Below, piece after piece: positions 9,588 to 18,841 of a stretch of DNA of 24,262 bases. The stretch spans positions 1 to 24,262 of the forward strand of contig NW_021836595.1 in assembly GCF_006345805.1 (NCBI RefSeq), in the 5' to 3' direction. Numbering within the stretch: position 1 is the first letter of the stretch; every line of letters starts with the position of its first letter. Position numbers and translations under genes: made by a program. The notes under the pieces are model-generated. The model ran no database searches. It was given only the letters and a program-made list of their open reading frames with translations, and had not been told where the DNA came from. The DNA comes from Octopus sinensis (taxonomy: Eukaryota).

Positions 9588-10330
9588 AAATAAGTATGGC
9601 ATATGTATATAAAACTCGAAGGGCAGACCATCCTGTCCCGGAGACCGCTCCCTCGTGCAACTAGCTGACATGTCACGTATATATATATATATATATCTTC
9701 AGCTGTCATCAAGATTTCGCAGAACTCCACGTCCCTGGCCGAAAGTCGCAGCATAACATCAAGATAGGAAGTTAAGTTCACCTCCGCCTCCGGGCCACAG
9801 TTCAGTAAATTGTCACTGAAATTCCGTGTAGCATGTGCCCGTCCCGGCCCCTCAAAGACTGAATTGTAGTTTTATTACCTCGTTGCGCCTCAGCCACCCG
9901 GGCCCATCGAACGGCTTTCGTTCTCTCCTGTTTTAGAGCATGCGTCCTGGCTTTGACAATACATCCTTCATGCTTCGTGTCGAAGAATTGGTTCAGAAAC
10001 ATTCTCACTGTCAGCATGTCAATCACTATGCCACTGCTGAGTGCCTCTTCTAATTTCCTAAATGGGTCTCCTTCTACTCTAGTCTTCTCTGTCGCTAGTT
10101 CTCTGCTAAATTCTACAGCTTTTACTTTAATCGCCCGTTTTGGGGCCCCCAGTCATCGGTTGTTGACGACTGCATCCGTTAACTTTCGATGGACTAACTT
10201 ACTAAGCCGGTCTCTGAAAGCCTGACGTGCCGATAAGGACGCGTTCAGCTTCCAGTAACCGGGTCCCTGCCTATGAAGCCTATCTAGGTCAACCGTACAG
10301 ATCAAAAATTTGTGGTTGTCGTGCGCTGAC
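9585..10330 (-). pseudogene. Decayed L1/Tx1-clade LINE ORF2 fragment (end of APE endonuclease, linker, start of reverse transcriptase)
   Basis: My translation of the minus strand gives DNHKFLICTVDLDRLHRQGPGYWKLNASL (WKLN at 10254-10243, the typical post-endonuclease motif of L1/Tx1), an in-frame TGA at 10155-10153, linker GCIVKARTHAL, LRLSARDVEFCE, and SPGQDGLPFEFY (9644-9609, matching the RT-proximal SPGxDG motif). Several frameshifts. Confidence 0.85.
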
Positions 10331-10340
10331 GACCGGTAAA

Positions 10341-10528
10341 TACCCAGAAACCCAGGTCCGTGCGTATCACGTCAGGTCGACGATGGGAAGGATAGCTTTC
10401 CTTTGAAAATACTGATAGGGCACAGAAAGTGTGTCAATAGCCAGCTGGAGATGTTCTCCTGGGGCTACAAGCTACAGTAGCATCCACCCTCAGTGGTTAG
10501 TCGCATTTAAGTGGCAAATATACTTCAC

Positions 10529-10573
<45 letters not shown>
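10341..10573 (+). mobile_element. Probable 3' end of an unclassified non-LTR element with (AAT)n tail (10529-10573)
   Basis: GC-balanced block that no longer translates as LINE ORF2 and ends ...tacttcac(AAT)n. Single copy in the window. Confidence 0.4.
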
Positions 10574-10574
<1 letters not shown>

Positions 10575-10619
10575 TCAGCTCGTCTCGTCTAACCCTCAAA
10601 CAATTTCACCAGTCTTTGG

Positions 10620-10690
10620 ACTTAGATTTGTTCTACTCTGAAATGATAAAAGGAAAAATTGACATTGCCGGGATTTGAACTGTAAACTTT
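10620..10690 (-). mobile_element. Highly diverged SINE B fragment
   Basis: ctctgaaatgataaaaggaaaaattgacattgccgggatttgaact resembles ccccgaaaggatgaaaggcaaagtcgacctcggcggaatttgaact. Confidence 0.4.
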
Positions 10691-11324
10691 AGTAAATGTA
10701 CTACGAAAGTTTTGTGTATGAATTAAGTACGTACGAAAGTTTGACGAGTCCCCAGAGTAAAAGCAGTGTGTATGTGGATGTTTGGATAAGTTGAATAAAC
10801 AAATATGGACCCTGCATTTGTTGTATATATAAAATGTTTATTTAGCAACTTTTGAAAAACATTACTATTTTGAAACACTACCGATTCATGTGTATATTAT
10901 TTTTGGCAGTATACGAGAAAATGTTTGTTTGTTTCGTGTGTGGCAGAGAGGCCAGCCGGTCAGTTGTAAAACTAGTAATCACTGAAATAGTTTCGGTTGT
11001 GTATGACGAAGAATGGTGGCAAGAAAAAGCGGCCTGCTGTGTTGATGGGGGTGATGAAGATAATGTCTCTTACGTGTTTAAGTAACAACGATGGTGATGA
11101 AGTTAGCCTCTTGTGCTGAAGAAAGATATTCTTCAGCTAATAAGACTGAGGCTAAAATGTCGTCTTCCTGATGGCTGTATCAGCCGAAAAGTAAAATGCC
11201 AACGGCATGAAGTGAGCTTTCTGCGTCTGCTTATATTGTGGAGTCAAGCAGATGATTTAATGAGAAAGAAATCGCGAAAACTCGAACAGAACTTTTGAAT
11301 CATCTTCCCTGTTTCCATCACAAT

Positions 11325-11708
11325 GTGGAGGCGCAATGGCCCAGTGGTTAGGGCAGCGGACTCGCGGTCGTAGGATCGCGGTTTCGATTCCCAGACCGGG
11401 CGTTGTGAGTGTTTATTGAGCGAAAACGCCTAAAGCTCCACGAGGCTCCGGCAGGGATGGTGGTGATCCCTGCTGTACTCTTTCACCACAACTTTCTCTC
11501 ACTCTTACTTCCTGTTTCTGATGTACCTGTATTTCAAAGGGCCGGCCTTGTCACTCTCTGTGTCACGCTGAATATCCCCGAGAACTACGTTAAGGGTACA
11601 CGTGTCTGTGGAGTGCTCAGCCACTTACACGTTAATTTCACGAGTAGGCTGTTCCGTTGATCGGATCAACCGGAACCCTCATCGTCGTAACCGACGGAGT
11701 GCTTCCAT
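11325..11708 (+). mobile_element. tRNA-derived SINE family E, full length, with 13-bp TSD
   Basis: A box TGGCCCAGTGG and B-box-like GGTTTCGATTCC; perfect direct repeat TTTCCATCACAAT at 11312-11324 and 11709-11721. Confidence 0.95.
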
Positions 11709-11822
11709 TTTCCATCACAATAACATAAACTTGGAAACAAGGCCAAGAAGCACTATAAGCGCATCAAAAGAATAGTGGGTCGAATCTCAGCAAGATTTCT
11801 TGCAGAAGTACTCAGAACGAAA

Positions 11823-11973
11823 TATTGGCTTCAAATTTTGGCACAAGGCTATCGATTTTGAAAGAATGGATAAGTCGATTACACCGCCCCAGTACTCAAC
11901 TGGTGGTTATTTTATCGAACCCGAAAGGATGAAGGGCAAAGTTCGAAGTCGGCGGAACTTGAACTCAGAACGT
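11823..11973 (-). mobile_element. SINE B, short-tail variant, 5'-truncated and diverged
   Basis: ccgaaaggatgaagggcaaag...ggcggaacttgaactcagaacgt and ttcaaattttggcacaaggc. Confidence 0.8.
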
Positions 11974-11977
11974 GCAA

Positions 11978-12193
11978 TCGTGTGTTTGTCCTCTTCCTTT
12001 ACCACTGCCTGACAACCGAGTGTTGGTCCGTTTACGTCTGCGCAACTTAACGGTTTCAGGAAAAGAAACAGAGAGAACAAGTAGCAGGCTTTTAAAAAAT
12101 ATGTCCTTGAGTCAATTTGTTCGTCAAAAACTCCGGCCTTGCTGGGGTACCGTTCTAGCATGGCCACAGTCCAATGACTGAGGCAAGTAAAAG
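11978..12193 (+). mobile_element. SINE C, diverged 3' half
   Basis: gtgtgtttgtcc...tgacaaccga...ctagcatggccacagtccaatgactgaggcaagtaaaag. Confidence 0.75.
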
Positions 12194-12333
12194 TTAACTG
12201 AAAAAATGAATAACTGCTTTGATGTCACAGTTGTCATAGGGACTGCAAAGGTCGTGGGTGCAGTCCCTTTCTCCTGGTCCCTTCCTCCCGTCCTTTTCTC
12301 CAAATTAATCTGAGAAGAGCATATACACAACCC

Positions 12334-12711
12334 GTGGCAGTGGTAAGTAGCTTGTTTACCAACCACATGGTTCCGGGTTCAGTCTCACTGCGTGGCGCCT
12401 TGGGCATGTGTCTTCTACTATAGCACCGGCCCGACCAAAGCCTTGTGAGTGGATTTGGTAGACGGAAACTGAAAGAAGCCCGTCGTAGATATGTATGTAC
12501 GTGTATGTTTGTGTGTCTGTGTTTGTCCCCTAGCATTGCTTGACAACCAATGCTGGTGTGTTTATGTCCCCGTCACTTAGCGGTTCGGCAAAAGAGACCG
12601 ATAGAATAAGTACTGGGCTTACAAAGAATAAGTCCCGGGGTCGAGTTGCTCGATTAAAGGCGGTGCTCCAGCATGGCCACAGTCAAAATGACTGAAACAA
12701 GTAAAAAGAGA
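12334..12711 (+). mobile_element. SINE family C, near full length
   Basis: Aligns with 2972-3419 and the reverse complement of 5814-6232; shorter internal microsatellite. Confidence 0.92.
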
Positions 12712-13151
12712 AAAAAATAAGAGAGAGAGCTTCCTCCATGCGATAGCTTTGGCCAAACCAATAAAAATATCCTGCCTGGTCGGTTTTGGTGTTAATTCTT
12801 CACAAGTTGGGATATATAAATACCAGTTATGTACTGAGGTATAGGTTAAATCGGTTATAACCTACCCTCCTTGCTCTAACAATATGTGGCACCGCACCGC
12901 GATAATGGTGGGAATTGTGGTGCTGGTGATGGTGTTGGTAGTGGTGGTGGTGTGAGTGGGTATTGGTACGAAGGTGGTGCTGGTGGCGACGATGGTGGTC
13001 GCCGAGTATGATTTCGTGTCTGTGGGTGTATGCATGCGTTGTATACCCGTGTAGTGTCTGTATGTGTGCTTCTGTATGTAAATGCATGTGATAGCGTTTC
13101 TGTGTGTGTGTGCGCGCGCATGTGTGCACACGCGTGTATACACACACATAT

Positions 13152-13216
13152 AGGTGGTGCCCCAGCATGGCCACAGTCTAAAGACTGAAACTGGTAAAAA
13201 AATAAAAGATGAAAGA
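13152..13216 (+). mobile_element. Solo 3' end of SINE family C
   Basis: aggtggtgccccagcatggccacagtctaaagactgaaactggtaaaaaaataaaagat. Confidence 0.8.
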
Positions 13217-13294
13217 TATATTTAAATGTGTGTGTGAGAGAGAGAGAGGAGAGCGAAAGAGAGAGTGTGTGTTAATGTGTGCGTGTACGTGCGC

Positions 13295-13296
<2 letters not shown>

Positions 13297-13357
<61 letters not shown>

Positions 13358-13358
13358 T
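13297..13358. repeat. (GT)n-(GCGT)n microsatellite
   Basis: Direct reading. Confidence 0.95.
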
Positions 13359-13825
13359 ACTTGTGTGCTTGCGCGTAAGTTCGAATCCTAGCTACCTATC
13401 TGCATCGTTTCTTCCTGTGCAATACTGAAGGAGTGTGTTTGTGTTTGTGTAATGCGTCTAATGTCTGGGAGGTGTCTAGTTTTCGGGGTGGACGGTCGGG
13501 TGGACTGCCGGCTGGCTAGGGTGGCAGCGACGGGTGTTGTTATAAACATAAATAAAAACTACCACTTCTAAGTGAAAAAACAGTTGTTGACCTTTATCAT
13601 AACATTGTCAACCCGCCACCCCTGAAAATTATATTCACAGAAATGGAAATGATTTATATGTTGACATTCCAACAGCCGTCACCCGAACTCCACCCAAGAA
13701 AACTAACCCACCCCTACTCTATCCCAAATGCACAAACATACACATTCACACACACACATTACACACATATTCATACAAACATGCACATATATTCACACAC
13801 ACTACATCTATCTATTTTACTTTGG

Positions 13826-13864
13826 TTGCTCTACTGCTGCTACTGTTGTTGCTGCTGCTGCTGC

Positions 13865-13930
<66 letters not shown>

Positions 13931-13962
13931 GTTGCTGCTGCTGCTGCTGCTACTGTTGTTGT
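13826..13962. repeat. (CTG)n-(TTG)n-(CTG)n trinucleotide array
   Basis: Direct reading; source of the poly-C, poly-V and poly-L ORFs. Confidence 0.95.
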
Positions 13963-14123
13963 TTAGTCCGGTACTTCAGCCTCGCAGCAACAGCCACCGG
14001 GACTCCTTCGTTTTTCCTTCCCTTCGCCCTTTTTGCTAGCAAACTGACATTAAACTACAGAAGTTTGTCACACATCAATAATATCGATCCTAGCCCTACC
14101 AGTCAAATACAGCATACAATTTA

Positions 14124-14359
14124 ATACCTATTTCTTTACTACCCACAAGGGGCTAAGCACAGAGACGACAAACAAGGACAGTCAAACGGATTAAGTCGAT
14201 TACATCGACCCTAGCGCGTAACTGGTACTTAATTTAAGGACCCCGAAAGGATGAAAGGCAAAGTCGACCTCGGCGGAATTTGAACTCAGAACGTAACGGC
14301 AGACGAAATTACCGCGAAGCATTTCCCCCGACGTGCTAACGATTCTGCCAGCTCGCCGC
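14124..14359 (-). mobile_element. SINE family B, full length, long-tail variant, possible TSD
   Basis: Complete head to tail; flanks GCATACAATTT (14112-14122) and GCATATAATTT (14358-14368) match at 10 of 11 positions. Confidence 0.92.
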
Positions 14360-14396
14360 ATATAATTTGACGAAATTTTAACTTTTTTCCTATGTT

Positions 14397-14575
14397 AGAA
14401 ATCATTTGCAGCAATAATTACTCTTTCTACAAAACGTTCAAATCTTTTCGAGGTCAGTTTTGCATTCCACTCTTCCACCGTTGATGAAATAAAATACCAG
14501 TCACGTATGGGGGTTTACTCGATTAACTTCTTTCTGAGGAGTTTTTGGCTTTGTGCTTATTATGTATGCAATCAT
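14397..14575 (+). mobile_element. Old, diverged SINE B copy
   Basis: ttcaaatcttttcgaggtcagttttgc...gatgaaataaaataccag...tttttggctttgtgc aligns with the B short-tail consensus. Confidence 0.55.
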
Positions 14576-14767
14576 CTATATATTAATACGCTAAGGCTGA
14601 ATAATTTCACGTGGTTAGTTGAAGGGATAAGCGAAGAGTGAGAGGAAAAGAGGGAAAGAGCAGAGTTACCGACGAGCGGTAGGTGGAAAGTAATAGTTAC
14701 TGCGCCAGTACCGAATGCATTACGCTCTCACGTGGTTAGTTCAAAGTAGAGGCGAAAAGAGAGTGAA

Positions 14768-14798
<31 letters not shown>

Positions 14799-14886
14799 TG
14801 TGTGTGTGTGTATGTGTGTGTGTGTATGTGTGTGTGTGTGTGTGTTGTGTGCGTGAGAGAGAGAGAGAGGAAGAGAGACAGAGACA
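14768..14886. repeat. (GT)n-(GA)n microsatellite
   Basis: Direct reading. Confidence 0.95.
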
Positions 14887-14942
14887 GAAGAGTATTAGTG
14901 CTGAGTAACAAGAGAAAGGTATTGCTATTACGTTGTGTGGTT

Positions 14943-15016
14943 AGTTACACTGGGGTCGATGTAATCGACTCACCCCTTTCCCCAAAATTGCTGCCCCTGT
15001 GGAAAAATTGAAAACC
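14943..15016 (+). mobile_element. SINE B 3' fragment (short tail)
   Basis: agttacactggggtcgatgtaatcgactcacccctttccccaaaattgctgcccctgtgg. Confidence 0.8.
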
Positions 15017-15051
15017 ATGTCATTATTATTATTATATATTATTATTATATT

Positions 15052-15612
15052 AGTGTGAGGAGAGCAGTTCATGCCATCAAAGTGACACTGTCAGGGTTTA
15101 AAATATACGAAGCCCAATATACCCATCATGACTACCGTCTGATAAAGGTACACAGGCACATGCATCACAACATATGTGCGCGACATGGTGATCTCATATC
15201 AAGATTAAACAGCACATGACCTTGCAGGTGGGGCCCAGTTACAATTTTCTTCAGGTTGAGTAGCCCATCCCGCTCAAACGGTCCCTGAACAAGGTTTGTT
15301 CAAGGATGTTGAAAGAACCACCCATGTTCCAGAGGCGAACTATTCAAAAACCACAAAGAATCCCTCTCAACACATGGCTATGATTGACCCTCCCCCACCG
15401 CCTGCTCGTGATCAGAGATGCACACACCGCCAGCCACTAAGGGAATGCTCAACTGGTTATGGTCAAACAACTGACAAGCAAATCTGTGGTATGAGCAGAA
15501 TATTTGCTGTAGCCCATCTTTTATACCAAGACAACAACAATGTACATGATAACACTTCCAATCAGTTAAGATCAGAAGCCATGAGAGCCACTGCCTGGTA
15601 CTGCATCAGGGG
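15052..15612. mobile_element. Interspersed repeat family A, longer (about 560 bp) copy flanked by (ATT)n on both sides
   Basis: Right 370 bp aligns with 741-1104; ATT arrays at 15022-15051 and 15618-15650. No Pol III boxes or protein motifs recognised. Confidence 0.85.
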
Positions 15613-15617
15613 CAATG

Positions 15618-15651
<34 letters not shown>

Positions 15652-15652
<1 letters not shown>

Positions 15653-15816
15653 GCTGGTACAATCGGTAGCACGCAGGGTGAAATGCTTAGCGGTATTTCG
15701 TCTGCCGCTACGTTCTGAGTTCAAATTCCACCAAGGTCGATTTTGCCTTTCATCCTTTCGAAGTCGCTAAAAAAAAGTACCAGTTGAACACTGGGGTCGA
15801 TGTAATTGACTTACCC
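15652..15816 (+). mobile_element. SINE B copy
   Basis: agctggtacaatcggtagcacg...gttcaaattcc...ctggggtcgatgtaattgacttacc. Confidence 0.88.
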
Positions 15817-15861
15817 GGAAATTATTATTATTACTAACATGATGATCATCATCATTATGAA

Positions 15862-16072
15862 GGCGGCGAGGTGGCAGAATCGTTAGCACGGCGGAGAAAA
15901 TGCTTATAACTATTTTGTCCGTCTTTACGTTCTGAGTGAAAACTCTACCAAGGTCTACTTTGCCATTCATTCTTTCGGAGTCGATGAAATAGTACCGGTC
16001 GATCACCGGGGTCGATATCATTTACTGTCCCACCAAAACTTTTCAGGCTTTGTGCCTATAGTATAAAGGAAT
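15862..16072 (+). mobile_element. SINE B, full length, short-tail variant
   Basis: ggcggcgaggtggcagaatcgttagcacg...tttcaggctttgtgcctatagtataaagga. Confidence 0.88.
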
Positions 16073-16638
16073 GTTGTTGTCGACGTCATCCTACTCCTCC
16101 TCATCATCATCATTGAAATTAATGGGAAAGGTGCACTTAATCTCGGTTCTGTAAAATTTGCATATTTTTCACAGTATTCAACCGGTTGGGGTGTGTGTTT
16201 TTCCAACTTCTTTATTATCTGTGGAGAAGGGTTTTTCGTATCCCCCATCCCAGAGTAATCGTCGTCTTTAAATTTTGTTTTTGAAATTATCAGTTTTCTT
16301 GAAAAAAAAAATGGATCCTTGCAAGAAAGATAAGAATGTACGCTGAAGACGAATATAACAGACAGCGAGTGAAAGACAGATTAATTGGAACAAATTGAGA
16401 AAGAGATGAAGAGACGAATCAGCTTAACGCCTGCATTAATAACAGCTTCGCTGCTGTAGCCATGGTGACGCCAGTGTCAGAGGGGAAATTTTGTTGTAGT
16501 TTGGCTCGGATAAGCTCGGACATTCTGAAGAGAAAGTCAACAATAACCTCACCACCAACAACAATGAGACCAGGAGAATTTTGTTTGCTTCGGTGACAAC
16601 CAATGAGTGACTGACACAGTTATTTCGAAGGCAAGAAA

Positions 16639-16640
<2 letters not shown>

Positions 16641-16670
<30 letters not shown>
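16641..16670. repeat. (AT)15 microsatellite
   Basis: Direct reading. Confidence 0.95.
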
Positions 16671-16671
<1 letters not shown>

Positions 16672-16673
<2 letters not shown>

Positions 16674-17090
16674 TGTACGGACGCCGCTATATTTATATAA
16701 AAAGGAATATCAAAAATGGGACAAGAACGCAAGACATCCAGACAGATGATACAAAAAAGGGACAACAAAACATCCAGACAGACGATGCAAAAAAACAAGG
16801 ACGGGTCATTCGGAGTTTTCTTTCTTCAGTCGAGTTCCAGATTTTCTTTGCAATTTCGGCTTGTTATACTCGAGATTGCTCCAATCTGGCCAACCCCAAG
16901 GAAAAACTAAGCTAAGAGCACTAGATTCCTTGGAAGAAAGCAGAGAATGTATACGAAAACAAGGTCGGAAAGAAAACGGAGAAATGGTACACAAATACAA
17001 ATGCAAATAAAGGACATTAACAGCAGGTGTCTTGTCCCATTAAGTGTTCGTTTCTCTTTTTGTCTTCTGCAATTTTATTTTGGGATCTTC
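16672..17090. mobile_element. Probable (TA)n-flanked interspersed repeat, unclassified
   Basis: Bounded by TA arrays at 16641-16670 and 17091-17103; contains an imperfect 36-bp tandem repeat. No terminal inverted repeats seen. Confidence 0.3.
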
Positions 17091-17103
17091 TATATATATA
17101 TAT

Positions 17104-17345
17104 GAAGAATTTTTCTCTGTCTGGTTGTTTTTCTCTCTACAAAACGGAAAGTTGCATTATGGAACAGTCATTTTAACGAGATTTTTTTAATTTACTTATC
17201 ACCTGACGAGATACGTCTGCACCACCGGATACTCCTGAATCAGTTTTTGTGTGTCCCACAAGAGGAGTCGATGCTAGATGTGTCGAAACAATTGTTGTGA
17301 TTAATAATATATTCTCGTATATTCCATCTTCTGTCTTTCATTTGT
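17104..17345 (+). mobile_element. Putative Penelope-like element terminal-repeat relic
   Basis: (TA)n on both sides (17091-17103, 17346-17371) and an internal type I hammerhead. Penelope-like retroelements are known carriers of minimal type I hammerheads. No ORF evidence here. Confidence 0.5.
17198..17301 (+). ncRNA. Type I hammerhead ribozyme fold
   Basis: Stem I ATCAC (17198-17202) / GTGAT (17297-17301); core CTGACGA (17203-17209); stem II GATACGTCTG (17210-17219) / TAGATGTGTC (17275-17284), 10 bp with 3 G-U pairs; GAAA (17285-17288); stem III palindrome ACAATTGT (17288-17295); cleavage triplet GTT (17294-17296). Confidence 0.78.
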
Positions 17346-17371
17346 TATATATATATATATATATATATATA

Positions 17372-17435
17372 GTTCGACTAAAGGTGGTGCTCCAGCATGG
17401 CCGCAGTTAAATGACTGAAACAAAATAATAAAGAA
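17372..17435 (+). mobile_element. Solo 3' end of SINE family C
   Basis: gttcgactaaaggtggtgctccagcatggccgcagttaaatgactgaaacaaaataataaaga. Confidence 0.85.
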
Positions 17436-17647
17436 TAATTATATATATACATATAAACAAGGGCAAAAGAAAAAAATTCTAATGCCAAATATGTCGAAAA
17501 TAGACAAATCGTCAATAACCATATAATTTTTTTTCCTTTTGCTCTTGTTTATAAGTTGTTTATAAATTTAGGCTTTAAAAGTATTTTTTTAATATGCTGG
17601 CCATTCATAGAATTTTTTTCGAAAAATTTTATCCTATATTAGATGAA

Positions 17648-17889
17648 TATATATATATATATATGTGTGTGTGTATGTGTGTTTTGTTTTTACCCTCCAC
17701 TCACCGCTTGAAAACCGGTATTGGTGTGTTTACATCCCCGTAACTTATTTAGAAAAATACCAAGTACTGGTGGGGCGGTGTCCGATTCATTCGACTAAAC
17801 GAATTTTTCAAGTTGGTGCATCAGCATGGCTGCAGTCCAATGACTGAAACAAGTAAAAGATAAAAGATAAAAGATAAATGATAAAAGAT
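17648..17889 (+). mobile_element. SINE C, diverged 3' half with (TAAAAGA)n tail
   Basis: ggtgtgtttacatccccgtaactta...cagcatggctgcagtccaatgactgaaacaagtaaaagataaaagataaaagat. Confidence 0.8.
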
Positions 17890-18391
17890 GAGCACCTTTC
17901 AGTGATGGAAACGCGCGGTGTGGGGGGGGGGATACGCAAGAGTGTTTTTATATTCAAGACAAGATATAAAACGCAGACGGACCCTGAGCAAATATTCAAA
18001 CAATCAAAAGCGTGCAATTACAAGAAGCTGTTTTTCCCTGGTTTAAAGTATCATTGTGTTGCTTGGTATATCGCTGATAGTGTGTACCATTATCTAATCC
18101 GATTCTCCGTATTCTTTTTGTTGTTAAACGTCTTTTACGGTAGGCGACACATACGGGAGTGGTTGGCCTTCTTAGTTATTATATAGGTTATCAATGTTTA
18201 AGTACTAAGCGGTGGACAGATCTATAACGATGTAGAACTTGTTTCAGACTGATCTTTTCTTTGTTGAATTTCTTTCCAGTCTATAATAAATTCCTAAGCT
18301 GATCTAGCAGGGCATGTAATCTTAGAAAGCTGATAAATAAAACAGTTAAAACTCTTCCATCGAAACAAATGCGTAACCCGAAAAAAAAACC

Positions 18392-18434
18392 ATAATAATA
18401 ATAATAACAATAATAATAACAATGATGATAATAA

Positions 18435-18472
<38 letters not shown>

Positions 18473-18534
18473 TGATGATAATAGTAGTAATAATAATAAT
18501 AATAATAATAATAATAGTAATAATAATAATAGTA

Positions 18535-18573
<39 letters not shown>

Positions 18574-18679
18574 TAATAGTAATAATAATAATAATGAAAT
18601 AAACTAATAATAATAATAATAATAGTAGTAGTAATAATAATAATAATAATAAATAATAATAAATAATAATATAATAATG

Positions 18680-18727
<48 letters not shown>

Positions 18728-18789
18728 TAGAAAAAAGAGACGAGAAAAATAATAATAATAATAGTATAATAATAATAATAATAATAATA

Positions 18790-18841
<52 letters not shown>

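Noticed and set aside
9802-10026. 74-aa ORF as an independent gene
   Set aside because: It is an internal stretch of the decayed LINE ORF2 between a stop and a frameshift.
11115-11195. 9-bp hairpin containing CTGAAGA (11115-11137) and CTGAT-GGCTG-tat-CAGCC-GAAA (about 11168-11189)
   Set aside because: The second lacks two core bases and has no stem I, stem III or NUH; the first has no matching GAAA. Consistent with chance.
11327-11400. tRNA gene calls for the SINE heads (also 21440-21510 and others)
   Set aside because: A and B boxes are present but acceptor stems do not pair and each head runs into a SINE body bounded by TSDs.
15296-15652. 118-aa ORF inside repeat A
   Set aside because: No recognisable motif, ends in an (ATT)n translation, and the second copy has indels relative to it.
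16795-16835. Minus-strand CTGAAGA...tccGAATgacccgtc
   Set aside because: GAAT instead of GAAA, mismatched stem II and no stem I.
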